Part shown: in pieces, positions 1-12,297 of the stretch
How positions within the stretch are numbered: the first letter of the stretch is position 1
How the letters are laid out: every line of letters starts with the position of its first letter
NCBI GenBank assembly: GCA_945861645.1
Contig: CAMAVZ010000019.1
Coordinates: forward strand, 1 to 37,245
DNA: 37,245 nt
Source: Opitutus sp. GAS368
Lineage (GTDB): Bacteria > Verrucomicrobiota > Verrucomicrobiia > Opitutales > Opitutaceae
Direction: 5' to 3'
Translations under genes and position numbers: made by a program
Notes under the pieces: model-generated
What the model was told of the DNA's origin: nothing
The model's database searches: none
Seen by the model: the letters and a program-made list of their open reading frames with translations, nothing else

Positions 1-443
1 GATACTGGCGGGATAATCCCTGAGCGCATGCCGCCATAACCGAGACTCGGTGGAATAAAAAAAATCGCCCGACCGCCCGGTTTGAGCGCGGGCATCGCGG
101 CGGCCCACCCGGTGATCAACCGGTTTACGGTAAAATCTGAGGGCTTCCCGCGCTGGCGGGAGTCATCAAAAATTTTACCGTCCTTGAGCCGACCAATATA
201 ATGCACGCGGACGCGATCGACCAGCGTGGGGGCCGCTCCCTCGCCGGGCGTAATTATTTTAATCCCTAGCCCACTCGAGCGCCACGCGATGTCCGCCGCT
301 TGCGCGCTCTCCCCAAAAAGCTCTACCCGCCGAAGGGCCGCTTCATCAACGACGGGAACCACCGGGGCCACCGGCGGAGTGGGCCCGCAGCCCAGTAAAA
401 TTAACGCGGTCCCCACCAGTAGCCCTGGGCGTAACGGTTGCAT
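1..443 (-). CDS. FKBP-type peptidyl-prolyl cis-trans isomerase, probable lipoprotein (3' end runs off window)
   Basis: Not in the ORF track; translated by hand from ATG at 443: MQPLRPGLLVGTALILLGC (lipobox-like LLGC)...SSGLGIKIITPGEG...VRVHYIGRLKDGKIFDDS...LITGW...IFFIPPSLGYG...IIPP, all FKBP hallmarks. GAGGA lies immediately upstream. Confidence 0.92.
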   Translation of the reverse strand, partial: MQPLRPGLLVGTALILLGCGPTPPVAPVVPVVDEAALRRVELFGESAQAADIAWRSSGLGIKIITPGEGAAPTLVDRVRVHYIGRLKDGKIFDDSRQRGKPSDFTVNRLITGWAAAMPALKPGGRAIFFIPPSLGYGGMRSGIIPPV

Positions 444-489
444 TCCTCAAGCTGCCACGAGCCGCTCCCTCGCGCAAGTCCCGAGGTAT

Positions 490-1170
490 TTATGGATGCG
501 CCTCGCTCTTTATTTTCACGGCAGCGAATTTTTTTAATAACTCAGGAAATGCTGCGCGGATCGGTGAAGCGGCCAAGAATTCCTCCGCCGCGGCTTTGGC
601 CCCCCGAGCGCGTAAGCCAGCATAAACATGCAACTCAAACTGCCGCTGCAACTGATTGGCCTCGGTCGATAAACCGAAGGCGGTGAGCAAAAAAAGTAGC
701 GCCTCCATGGTGGAATACTTCCCTTCTTGCTGGTGCTCCCGCAGCCCGTAGCGACTGGGCCCGGTCATAGGCAAGCGCACCAACCGACCCCAAGTAGCCG
801 TCACCAAAGACATGTGCGCCGCCTCGCGCCAGCTGCCATCCAGCAACAACACTTGCACCTCGGCCGGGGGAACGTCCGTGGGCAGCGGCTCGCCCCGCGG
901 ATGCAAAATCCACAGCGTACGCCCCGGCAGCGCGATCGTCTCTGGCGCCGGCGGTGTTGCGCTGCGGTAGAGATGGTGCCGGGAAGCAGGAATCAGGCGA
1001 TTAATGAGCCGCCCCGTGCTCGAAGGCCGCCAATATTCGCGCTGATGAATGAGCACGTCGATCTGCAGCGGACAGGTAACCCCGTGATCCACTTCGCAAA
1101 TGCACCAACGCGGCGCGAGGCGACACCGTGCACAGCGCCGCGTGCCTGCTAAAACAACGCTTCGAGCCAT
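490..1170 (-). CDS. DTW-domain protein (TapT/YfiP-like tRNA-uridine aminocarboxypropyltransferase family), paralog 1
   Basis: RCARC...WCIC Zn-type N-terminus, HQRE...SSTGRL, LLDGSWREA (DTW motif), SRYGLR, YSTMEA. Start placed at MARSVV (1170); the ORF is open upstream to 1239. Confidence 0.88.
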   Translation of the reverse strand: MARSVVLAGTRRCARCRLAPRWCICEVDHGVTCPLQIDVLIHQREYWRPSSTGRLINRLIPASRHHLYRSATPPAPETIALPGRTLWILHPRGEPLPTDVPPAEVQVLLLDGSWREAAHMSLVTATWGRLVRLPMTGPSRYGLREHQQEGKYSTMEALLFLLTAFGLSTEANQLQRQFELHVYAGLRARGAKAAAEEFLAASPIRAAFPELLKKFAAVKIKSEAHP

Positions 1171-1269
1171 AGCCCCCAGCAGGCCGCGCGTTGGGCGCGA
1201 GGTCAACTCTCGGAGCAAGCCCCGCCGGAATCCAAGCAATGACGAACAAAGTTGGCGGCCTGAGAATCG

Positions 1270-1998
1270 CTATGCTTCAATCACCGGCGCAGGAAAAATT
1301 CTGCGCCGCTTCGGCCCCAGCGGAATGGAGCTGGCCGGTCTCTCTGCCTGGACACGCAGACCGCGGCGCCGATCACCACCGCGGAGCTCATTCTCAGCCG
1401 TATGCCGCATTTGAAATTCCTGCATCCGCTGAAACAAATCGAGCAATTGCTTCGGCTGGGCATAAACGTCGAGCCCCGTTCGATCCAGCGCGACCAGCAA
1501 TTCGTGCGTCGCCTCGAGCGTCGAAAGGCAACCGGGTTCCGGCTGGCGCTTAATAACATAGCGGCTCGGCGCGGCATTGGAAAACATGATCCGCGGAAGT
1601 TTTTGCAAACTGAGGCTCGTGCGCAGCATCGGCCGGACGAGTCGCCACGTGGCATCGAGTAAAAACACCACCAACCGCCGGCCCGCCAAATCGGCGACGG
1701 GTAATTCATTTCGGGAAAGATCGCGGGAGTCGCGCCCCGGATAGAGCAGCACGGGGAAATTGTGTGGGTCGTTGATCAAGGCCTGTACCGCCGCATGCTG
1801 ATCGAAGCTTAGCCCCACATGGAGCTCACTATCGCGCAAACAGAGGTGGGTCAGCCGACCCGTGTTAGCCTTCACCCGCTTCTGTTCATAAGGGTGCATC
1901 AAAAACACAAACTTCGTGCGCGTCGGCATGGGCGTGATCGACCCGCACCAACAATGGGGGGCCGGCCAATAACAACGATAACACATCACACGACTCAT
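1270..1998 (-). CDS. DTW-domain protein (TapT/YfiP-like), paralog 2
   Basis: CYRC...CWC, MHPYE...NTGRL, LLYPG, LLDATW, SRYVIKRQP, CLSTLEA motifs. Confidence 0.9.
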   Translation of the reverse strand: MSRVMCYRCYWPAPHCWCGSITPMPTRTKFVFLMHPYEQKRVKANTGRLTHLCLRDSELHVGLSFDQHAAVQALINDPHNFPVLLYPGRDSRDLSRNELPVADLAGRRLVVFLLDATWRLVRPMLRTSLSLQKLPRIMFSNAAPSRYVIKRQPEPGCLSTLEATHELLVALDRTGLDVYAQPKQLLDLFQRMQEFQMRHTAENELRGGDRRRGLRVQAERPASSIPLGPKRRRIFPAPVIEA

Positions 1999-2125
1999 GA
2001 GCGGCTGACAATGCCACCACGGGACCGCGTGACCAGAGGTAAAAAACCAGCCAAATTAAAGAAAGGCTGAGGGCCCGCAGGGAATACTTGAGCTATTATT
2101 TGCGCATGAAAATTCAGTGAGCTAG

Positions 2126-4462
<2,337 letters not shown>

Positions 4463-4500
4463 TTGGTACGACGGCCACCGATAATCTAGCCTGAACTCGG

Positions 4501-4542
4501 GCGCGATGCAGCGATCAAACGCGGCGTCGCGCTTTATTTTTT
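4501..4542 (+). terminator. Intrinsic terminator after katG
   Basis: GCGCGATGCAGCG-atcaaa-CGCGGCGTCGCGC stem (one G-U pair, one mismatch) followed by TTTATTTTTT. Confidence 0.75.
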
Positions 4543-4649
4543 AATCGGCCGCAATGATGGCGCGGGCATCCCCCCCGCGCCATATGACGGACCACGCGAA
4601 CTTCCCGATTGCGGTCTAACCCGCCGTGAACGAGCGTAATCGTGCTTTC

Positions 4650-6548
4650 ATGTCTACCCCCCGCTGCTCCCTTTCACGGGTGATGTTCGCCTTGGCCGCC
4701 AGCTTCAGGCTAGCGATCGGCGCCGTTGCTCAATCTGAAATTCCGCCGACGGACCTACCGCTTGATTCATTGGTGAATTTTCGCGCGCCGACCACCAACT
4801 GGCAAACGGCGCGCGCCCTCGGTGGCGATCCGCGCACCGAAAAATCGCTCACGACGCTGCCGGGCACAGAAATTTTGATCAATAATCCCACCCCAGCCGC
4901 GCGCGGTCATTTATTCACTGCTTGGGAGCACGGCGACCTTGAGCTCGATCTTGATTTCTTAATGACCGCCGGATCGAACTCCGGCGTCTACCTGATGGGC
5001 CGCTATGAGGTGCAGTTGTTTGATAGTTGGGGAGTAAAAGTTCCGACGGTCGCTGACTGCGGCAGTATTTATGAGCGCTGGGATGGCGCGCGCGGCAAAG
5101 GCCACGAAGGGTATGAAGGGGTCGCCCCCCGCGCCAACGCCAGTCGCGCCCCCGGCCTTTGGCAGCATCTCCATATTAAATTTCAAGCGCCGCGCTTTGA
5201 CGCCACCGGTCGAAAAACTGCCAACGCTCGTTTTATCAAAGTAGCCCTCAATGATTTTGTGATTCATGAAAATGTTGAAGTCACCGGCCCAACGCGGTCG
5301 GCCGCGCTGGCCGATGAAGGCCCGCTCGGTCCGCTGATGATTCAGGGTGATCACGGCTCAGTCGCCCTGCGCGCGATCACCTACAAACTCTTCGATCAGG
5401 CCGCGCGCCTGTCAGTCGAGGACCTGACCTACAAGTTATACACCACCATGCCCAAGGAAAAAATGGGTGACTATGAGGCCACGGTCCCAACCGGTAGCGG
5501 TTCGGTTCGGCAATTTTCCGGCGAAGAGGTCCCTCCATCTGGAAAGTTTGTCATCGTATATACCGGTACGCTCGTCGTGCCCATCACGGGAACCTATGCT
5601 TTTCAAGCCGCCGCAGATCGCGGGCCTGATCCTGTTACCGTGTTTGTCGATGGGCACCCCGTCGTGGAGCCGATTCAATCAGGGGGCTATACCAGACCCA
5701 TTGCCCTCACGGCTGGGCGCCACTTGATTCGACTCGATTATATGCACGGCAGCAATCGCAAGTCGGGTTTCAAGTTAATCGTCGAAGGTCCACGCTTAGT
5801 TCGCCGAGAACTCTCCGCGCCCAAACCCATTAAACTGGCTGGCGCGAAATCGGCCCCAGAGCCAGTGAGTGAAATCTTGATTGAGCCCGCCACCGATCGC
5901 GTGCGACTGCAGCGCAGTTTTGTACCCTTCACGCCTAAAAAACATCTCTATGCGATCAATGTAGGAACGCCGGACGGTTTACATTACGCCTATGACTTTG
6001 AAACCGCCGCCATGCTTCGGGTGTGGCGGGGGAAATTTCTCGACACCTTCGAAGTGTGGGATGGCCGCGGAGAAAATCAGCTAGCGAAACCCGCGGGACC
6101 AGCCCTGACCTTATCGGCCAAACCTGTCCTCGCCCTCATTGAAAGCTCCGCTCACGACTGGCCGGACCAACCGGATCCGCTCTGGTCCTCGCAAGGCTAC
6201 CGACTCGAACCCAACGGTCAGCCGGTCTTCCACTTCACCTTGGCTACACTCACGGCCACCGATCGCATTGCTCCCGCCACCGCTACCCACGGCCTAACCC
6301 GCACGCTGCTCATCACCGGCAAAAAAACTGATTGGGAATCGTGGGTGCTCCTCGCGGAGGCAGAGCAAATCACCCCGCAGCCGAATGGCCGCGGTTACAT
6401 TATCGGTGATCGCGCCTACTACCTCGATCTCCCCGCTCAGTCCCCCGTGCAGCCTTTTTTGCGGACCCGCTACGGCCGGCAACAGCTGGTCGCGCCCATT
6501 ACCAAAGCCACTCTCGATCAGCCCATCGTCTACACGCTCGTCTGGTAA
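4650..6548 (+). CDS. Secreted DUF1080 (3-keto-disaccharide hydrolase-like) + PA14 domain protein with uncharacterised C-terminal domain
   Basis: Signal-like N-terminus; DUF1080 motifs NSGVYLMGRYEVQLFDS, PGLWQHLHIKFQAPRFD, GPLMIQGDHG; PA14-like segment YTGTLVVPITGTYAF...LTAGRHLIRLDY. Start uncertain (4626, 4650 or slightly later). Confidence 0.8.
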   Translation: MSTPRCSLSRVMFALAASFRLAIGAVAQSEIPPTDLPLDSLVNFRAPTTNWQTARALGGDPRTEKSLTTLPGTEILINNPTPAARGHLFTAWEHGDLELDLDFLMTAGSNSGVYLMGRYEVQLFDSWGVKVPTVADCGSIYERWDGARGKGHEGYEGVAPRANASRAPGLWQHLHIKFQAPRFDATGRKTANARFIKVALNDFVIHENVEVTGPTRSAALADEGPLGPLMIQGDHGSVALRAITYKLFDQAARLSVEDLTYKLYTTMPKEKMGDYEATVPTGSGSVRQFSGEEVPPSGKFVIVYTGTLVVPITGTYAFQAAADRGPDPVTVFVDGHPVVEPIQSGGYTRPIALTAGRHLIRLDYMHGSNRKSGFKLIVEGPRLVRRELSAPKPIKLAGAKSAPEPVSEILIEPATDRVRLQRSFVPFTPKKHLYAINVGTPDGLHYAYDFETAAMLRVWRGKFLDTFEVWDGRGENQLAKPAGPALTLSAKPVLALIESSAHDWPDQPDPLWSSQGYRLEPNGQPVFHFTLATLTATDRIAPATATHGLTRTLLITGKKTDWESWVLLAEAEQITPQPNGRGYIIGDRAYYLDLPAQSPVQPFLRTRYGRQQLVAPITKATLDQPIVYTLVW

Positions 6549-6557
6549 CCTCTCACC

Positions 6558-8582
6558 ATGAAGCGCCTCATTCTTTCTTGCCTACTTCTCACCTCGCTCA
6601 CGCCGACGGCCCACGCGCAAGCGAACGACCCCTCAGCGGCCGAACGCTTTGTTGCGCCATCAAATAATCTCGTCGACCGCGAGAACAGCTACTGGCAGCG
6701 AATCCCTCTCCCGGTTCCTGCTAACATCGTCCTCGAAGTCAGCGGCATTTTGCCGTTACCCGGCAAACGCTTGATGGTCACCACACGACGCGGGGAGATT
6801 TGGCTGATCGAGGGTGCCTATAATGAAAATCCCCAGCCACGTTATACTCTATTTGCCTCCGGCTTGCATGAGCCCCTCGGCATTATCGCGGCCCCGCCCG
6901 GTGGCTACTACGTCGCGCAACGTCAGGAACTGACCCGCATTGCCGATACCGATGGTGACGGACGGGCGGATCTCTTTCAAACGGTGTGCAAGCTGCCGAT
7001 CTCGGGCAGCTACCACGAATACGCCTACGGACCCGTGCTGGCGCCGAATGGTAATTTACGCATCACGCTGAATGTCGCCTTCGGCGGCGCCACTCAATCG
7101 CCCGTACCTTGGCGCGGGTGGATGGTGGAAATTACGCCCGATGGACAACTCATCCCCATCGCCGCGGGCCTGCGCTCGCCTTGCGGATTTACCGTGTCGT
7201 CTCAAGGCGAGTGGTTCTTTACTGACAATCAAGGTGAGTGGGTAGGTTCCGGCCGCATCACGCACGTAGAATCCGGTGATTTCACCGGTCATCCCGCCGG
7301 CCTCAACTCGAGCAAGCTGGCCGGCTCCACGGTAAAACTTCGCCCCGAAGATATTCCTAGCACGGGCGAACCAATGCACGAAGTGGCCCAGCGCATCCCC
7401 GGCATCAAGCCCCCAGCCGTCTGGCTGCCCCACACCATTTTGGGTATCTCTAATGCGGGCATCATTGAAGATTTATCCGGCGGAAAATTCGGCCCCTTTG
7501 CGGGTCAGTTTTTCGTCGGCGACCAAGGTCAAAGCAAAGTGGTGCGCGTCACGATGGAAAAAGTAAAAGGCGTCTGGCAAGGCGCGGCCTATGCCTTTCG
7601 CGAAGGATTTGAATGCGGGATTATTCGCCTCGCCCTCGGCGAGGATGGTTCCCTCTTTGCTGGAGAGACCGCCCGCGGCTGGGGTTCGGTCGGCGCCAAA
7701 CAGCAAGGGCTCGAACGCCTCGTCTGGACTGGCCAAGTGCCGTTTGAAATTAAAGAGGTCAAGGCTCAGCCCGACGGCTTTCTCCTCACTTTTACTCAAC
7801 CCGTCGATCCAGTGACCGCGGCCAATCCGGATAGCTACCGCATCGCGGGCTTCACCTACCGCTATCACGAAACCTATGGCAGTGCGCCGATCAACCGCCT
7901 CGACTGTCCTGTGCGCAAGGTAGTGGTCGCCCCCGATGGACTCAGCGTTCGCCTCGCGAGCATTTGTTTGCGCGAAGGCTACATTCACGAAATCAAGGCC
8001 GCCGGTGTGCGCGCCGCTCACGATGGCCAAACCCTCCTGCATTCCACGGCGTACTACACCCTCAATCGTCGGCCTTATGGCGATCGCATCATCCCGATTG
8101 ATCCGGCTGACACAGAATTGTGCATGGCTCCCGTTGCCGCTGAAGCCAATGCCTACACGCCCAAGCATGCCACGAAGGTCCCCAAGGATTGGAACCGCCC
8201 GTCCAACGATGGCGACCAGACCATTATTCTCAGCACGCTGCCCGGCCTGAAGTTTGACCAAACGCTGCTCTCCGTAAAACCGGGGGCCCGCGTGTGTTTA
8301 GTTTTCCGCAACGCGGATGATATGCTGCACAACTTCGTTCTCTGCACGCCCGGTCAAGGCCAAGCGATCGGCGCTTTAGCCCTCAATCTTGGGATTGCGG
8401 GAGCCGCTAAAAATTACGTGCCAGATAGCCCAGAGGTTCTCTATCACTCGGCGGTGATTCAGCCGGGCGCCAGCGACACGATCTACTTCATCGCGCCGAC
8501 GACCCCAGGAGATTATGATTTCATCTGCAGCTTCCCCGGTCACGCCATGGTGATGAAAGGCATCCTGCGCGTGCAGCCCTGA
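6558..8582 (+). CDS. Secreted beta-propeller (glucose/sorbosone dehydrogenase-like) protein with C-terminal azurin/auracyanin-type blue copper domain
   Basis: Signal peptide ending AHA-Q; propeller motifs FASGLHEPLG, DTDGDGRAD, YHEYAYG, AAGLRSPCG, TDNQGEW, GPFAGQFFVGD; type-1 copper ligands MLHNFV and C-SFPG-H-AMV-M (azurin C-x4-H-x3-M spacing). Confidence 0.82.
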   Translation: MKRLILSCLLLTSLTPTAHAQANDPSAAERFVAPSNNLVDRENSYWQRIPLPVPANIVLEVSGILPLPGKRLMVTTRRGEIWLIEGAYNENPQPRYTLFASGLHEPLGIIAAPPGGYYVAQRQELTRIADTDGDGRADLFQTVCKLPISGSYHEYAYGPVLAPNGNLRITLNVAFGGATQSPVPWRGWMVEITPDGQLIPIAAGLRSPCGFTVSSQGEWFFTDNQGEWVGSGRITHVESGDFTGHPAGLNSSKLAGSTVKLRPEDIPSTGEPMHEVAQRIPGIKPPAVWLPHTILGISNAGIIEDLSGGKFGPFAGQFFVGDQGQSKVVRVTMEKVKGVWQGAAYAFREGFECGIIRLALGEDGSLFAGETARGWGSVGAKQQGLERLVWTGQVPFEIKEVKAQPDGFLLTFTQPVDPVTAANPDSYRIAGFTYRYHETYGSAPINRLDCPVRKVVVAPDGLSVRLASICLREGYIHEIKAAGVRAAHDGQTLLHSTAYYTLNRRPYGDRIIPIDPADTELCMAPVAAEANAYTPKHATKVPKDWNRPSNDGDQTIILSTLPGLKFDQTLLSVKPGARVCLVFRNADDMLHNFVLCTPGQGQAIGALALNLGIAGAAKNYVPDSPEVLYHSAVIQPGASDTIYFIAPTTPGDYDFICSFPGHAMVMKGILRVQP

Positions 8583-8587
8583 TCGGC

Positions 8588-9268
8588 TCAGGCCAATCGT
8601 CCGCTCTGCAGGTGAAGTTGCCGCTGAGTTTTTTTGGCGTGAGCGACATTATGCGTCACCAGCACGAGCGCCGCTTGCGCCTCAGCGCAAGCGCTCACGA
8701 GCAACTCAATGATGCCATCGCCCGTCGCTTCATCGAGATTACCGGTCGGTTCATCCGCCAGCATAACCGCCGGCCGATTCAGCAACGCCCGCGCCACCGC
8801 CACGCGTTGGCGCTCACCGCCTGAAAGCTGACTTGGCAGATGATGCCCCCGCTCCCCCAAGCCCACGCGCTCGAGTAACTGCGTGACCCGCGCTTTCTCT
8901 GCTGCGCCCACCCGCCCCACCAGACGGGCCGCCATCAAGATATTGGCGTGAGCATCGAGCTCGGGAATGAGGTAATAAGATTGAAAAACCATACCGAGAT
9001 ACCGACCACGACGGGCGGTGAGTTCGGCGAGACTAAGCTCATGAGCGGCCTCGGCGCCCCACCATAATTCACCGGCCTCCGATCGATCGAGTCCCGCGAG
9101 AATATTCAACAAAGTACTTTTACCAGAACCTGACTCACCCCGCACGCTGACTGTCTCACCGGCGCTAACGGAAAAATCGACGCCCTGCAGCACCGCCAAG
9201 GTGCGCTCGCCGCTTGGATAATTTTTGCGCAAGCCCGCCGCTCGAAGAATTGTGACGGGGTTACTCAC
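8588..9268 (-). CDS. lolD: Lipoprotein-releasing ABC transporter ATP-binding protein
   Basis: Walker A GESGSGKST, LSGGERQRVAVARAL, LADEPTGNLD, VTHN; overlaps the end of the LolC/E-type permease gene. Confidence 0.85.
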   Translation of the reverse strand: MSNPVTILRAAGLRKNYPSGERTLAVLQGVDFSVSAGETVSVRGESGSGKSTLLNILAGLDRSEAGELWWGAEAAHELSLAELTARRGRYLGMVFQSYYLIPELDAHANILMAARLVGRVGAAEKARVTQLLERVGLGERGHHLPSQLSGGERQRVAVARALLNRPAVMLADEPTGNLDEATGDGIIELLVSACAEAQAALVLVTHNVAHAKKTQRQLHLQSGRLA

Positions 9269-10490
9269 TGCGCAGCGCCTCCACCGGTTTGAGTTTAGCC
9301 GCCCGCCAAGCGGGAATGAGGCCCGCCAAAGTCGATGCGAGAATCGAGAAAACGATAATGATAATTATGTCCTTCGATTCCGTATGAGCGGGGAGCGAAT
9401 TAAATTGATAGAATTTCGCAAACACCTCGGGTCCCATCGTCAGGCGAGCGATGAACTGCACCAGGGCATTGCGGTAGTGCAGCAAGGCGAAACCCAACCC
9501 GAGGCCCCCGAGCGTGCCACCCACCCCGATCAGCAACCCTTGCACACAAAAACAGAGTGCGACCTGTCGCGCGGACCCACCCATCGCGCCGAGCAAACCG
9601 ATCTCACGAGTTTTTCGCACGACGGTCACCAACAGCGAGCTCGTGATCGAGAAGGCGGCGACGACGATAATAAAGGTCAGAAGGAAAAAGATCATATTCC
9701 GCTCAAAGCTAATCACGGCTTGAAAATCTGCATTGGCTTCAAACCACGTGAGGGCCCGTGCCACCGGCGGCAGCACGGCATTAAGCGCAGCCACCGCTGC
9801 ATCGGGATCCGCCCCGGGCTGCAAACGCACGTTATAGCCGTGGATTAATTGCTCCATGCCGTAGAGATCTTGCATCAACCGCAGCGAACAAAGCACGGTT
9901 GAACTATCCAATTGCTGATGGCCGATCTGAAAAATCCCCGCCACGCGCACCGCTCGCGGCAAGAGCACTTCTTGCGCTTTCATGCGCTCCAACATTAGGG
10001 GTGAATAAACACTGACCAGATCGCCCACGTTCACTCCGAGCGAATTCGCTAAGAGCGAACTGAGAATCACCGCATCATCGTCGAGGTCGGACCAAGCGCC
10101 GGCAATTAAGTAACGCTCCAGCGGAATCACTGAGCGCATCCGCTCCAGCGCGAAGCCCTGAATGGTTGGAAACGCTGGTCGCCGATTAAATTCTAACATC
10201 ACCACGCCCTGCGCGTACGGGGCCGCCGCCGCCACCGCCGGCACTCGGGCGATGGCTTGCTCCAGAGCCGCCGTCGCCTCAATTGGCCCGCGCCCACGAA
10301 TTTGCACCTCCCCCTGCGTATCAATGATCATCCGCTTAATCTGATACCCAAAGCCGCCCATCACACTCGTCGAGACTAACATCAGCGCCACGCCCAAGCC
10401 CACGCCCGCCACCGAAATTAAAGTAAAAAACGGCAACCGCCGTCCCGCGGGAAACAGCTGCTTCAGCGCTAAATAAAAATACCAAGGCAT
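9261..10490 (-). CDS. LolC/E (FtsX-like) lipoprotein-releasing ABC permease
   Basis: ISVAGVGLGVALMLVSTSVMGGF, VAAFSI...KTREIGLLGAMG, PAWRAAKLKPVEALRSE; located between lysS and lolD. Confidence 0.9.
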   Translation of the reverse strand: MPWYFYLALKQLFPAGRRLPFFTLISVAGVGLGVALMLVSTSVMGGFGYQIKRMIIDTQGEVQIRGRGPIEATAALEQAIARVPAVAAAAPYAQGVVMLEFNRRPAFPTIQGFALERMRSVIPLERYLIAGAWSDLDDDAVILSSLLANSLGVNVGDLVSVYSPLMLERMKAQEVLLPRAVRVAGIFQIGHQQLDSSTVLCSLRLMQDLYGMEQLIHGYNVRLQPGADPDAAVAALNAVLPPVARALTWFEANADFQAVISFERNMIFFLLTFIIVVAAFSITSSLLVTVVRKTREIGLLGAMGGSARQVALCFCVQGLLIGVGGTLGGLGLGFALLHYRNALVQFIARLTMGPEVFAKFYQFNSLPAHTESKDIIIIIVFSILASTLAGLIPAWRAAKLKPVEALRSE

Positions 10491-10565
10491 AGCTAAAAAA
10501 TAAGTTAGCAGGCGCCAGGAATCAGGTCGAGCCTCCGTGTGACGCTGCCGCCTTTCGCCCCAGGC

Positions 10566-12080
10566 TTAAACCGGAGCCGCGGCGGCCAGACCCGCCCCCG
10601 CCTGGCCCGGACGGAGCGCAGGGAACAGAATCACATCTCGAATGCTTTCTGCGCCCGTCAATAAAATGCACAATCGATCGATCCCGATTCCCATGCCGCC
10701 CGCCGGAGGCATGCCATGCTCAAGCGCGAGCAAGAAATCAGTATCCAGTTTCTGCTGATCCTCGCCGGCTTGCGCCGCGAACATCGCGCGCTGCACGAGG
10801 GGATCATTTTGCTCCGAGTAAGCCGGCGCTACTTCCATACCGCCAATGCACAACTCAAAGACATCAATTAAGCCTGCATCTTGCAAATTAAGCTTGGCCA
10901 ACGGACACAACTCCTTCGGCAAGTGAGTCACAAAGGTAGGCTGTATGAGCGTGGGCTCGATTTTTTTGGAAAAAATCTCGTTCACAATTTCAAAAGCCTC
11001 CCAACCCAGATGAATTTCGAGTCCGAGCTGTTGCGCAGCCGCCGTCGCCGCCGCCTTATACCCAGCGGTCCCGCGCAGCGCGCTGAGCGCCGAGCCCACG
11101 GCCGCGTCAATCAGATCAAAATACCGTGCCTCGCGCCACTCCCCGGCAAAATTAATAATCTGTCCACTGGCGGCATGCTTGATCTCGGAAGTCCCTAAGA
11201 CCTTGCGGCAGACATCATTAAAGATCGCCCGCACCAACTGCATCATCCCGCGAAAATCGGTGTAAGCCTGATAGACCTCCAACATGGTAAATTCAGGATT
11301 ATGCTTTCGCGAAACTCCTTCGTTACGAAAAATTCGGCCCAACTCAAAAACCCGATCATAGCCGCCCACGAGTAAACGCTTGAGCCGCAATTCGAGCGCG
11401 ATGCGCAAATAAAAATCTGCGCCCAGAGCGTTGTGGTGCGTCACAAAGGGCCGGGCGGCGGCGCCGCCGGCGACCCCTTCCAGCACGGGCGTTTCTACTT
11501 CAATAAACTGCCGCTCAGTTAACGTCTGACGAATGCTCGCGACGATCCGACTGCGCAGCATCAACCGAGCCCGTGACTCCAGATTGACGATGAGATCCAG
11601 ATACCGCTGCCGATAGACCTGCTCCGCATCCGTCAGCCCATGCCATTTCTCGGGCAAAGGGCGCAGGGCTTTACTCACGAGCAGATAGTGCCCCACCCGC
11701 ACCGTGATTTCACCCGTCTTCGTTTTAAATAGAGTGCCTTCGGCCCCAATGATATCGCCTAAATCGAGTTTCTTAAAAGCAGCGTAAGCCTCTTCCCCAA
11801 TGACATCTTTTTTCAGGTAGAGCTGAATGTGGCCCTGCTGATCGAGAATTTTAACAAACTGGCTCTTGCCCATGTCGCGAATAACCACGAGGCGACCAGC
11901 GACCTTGACCGTCACCGCGTTGTCTTGTCCCTCCACATGCAAGGCCATCGCTTCAGCGGAAAAATGCGTTTGCTCAACACTGGCGCGAAAAGGGTCAAAC
12001 CCGGCCGTGCGCATATCCTGCAGCTTCTTCAACCGGACGGCATGCTGATCGTGGGAAATATCTTCGGGGAGCTCGCTCAT
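10566..12080 (-). CDS. lysS: Lysyl-tRNA synthetase (class II)
   Basis: [37 protein letters not shown]...[24 protein letters not shown]. Start placed at MSELPED (12080). Confidence 0.98.
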   Translation of the reverse strand: MSELPEDISHDQHAVRLKKLQDMRTAGFDPFRASVEQTHFSAEAMALHVEGQDNAVTVKVAGRLVVIRDMGKSQFVKILDQQGHIQLYLKKDVIGEEAYAAFKKLDLGDIIGAEGTLFKTKTGEITVRVGHYLLVSKALRPLPEKWHGLTDAEQVYRQRYLDLIVNLESRARLMLRSRIVASIRQTLTERQFIEVETPVLEGVAGGAAARPFVTHHNALGADFYLRIALELRLKRLLVGGYDRVFELGRIFRNEGVSRKHNPEFTMLEVYQAYTDFRGMMQLVRAIFNDVCRKVLGTSEIKHAASGQIINFAGEWREARYFDLIDAAVGSALSALRGTAGYKAAATAAAQQLGLEIHLGWEAFEIVNEIFSKKIEPTLIQPTFVTHLPKELCPLAKLNLQDAGLIDVFELCIGGMEVAPAYSEQNDPLVQRAMFAAQAGEDQQKLDTDFLLALEHGMPPAGGMGIGIDRLCILLTGAESIRDVILFPALRPGQAGAGLAAAAPV

Positions 12081-12297
12081 AGAGTCGCGCAGGATTGTCC
12101 GCCCGCGGCACGGGCGCAAATGGAAAGTAGTGATTGGGCGGCCGGTAGCCCAACCCAGCTTTCGCCACCCGGCAGCCGCGAACAAATTATTGCCGAACGA
12201 TTTTCAGAACGCCAAATAATGGCTAAATTCGGACGCGATAAAGCCGCCGATCATCCCTAAGCTAAGCGGGCTGATCCCAGCGAAGCGCGCTGAGGCC

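Noticed and set aside
7473-8261. 262-aa minus-strand ORF (also 31311-32027 and 14555-15295)
   Set aside because: Antisense to well-supported genes, with no domain signatures.
8588-12080. lysS-lolC/E-lolD clustering as a novel system
   Set aside because: A familiar housekeeping gene order in several Gram-negative lineages.
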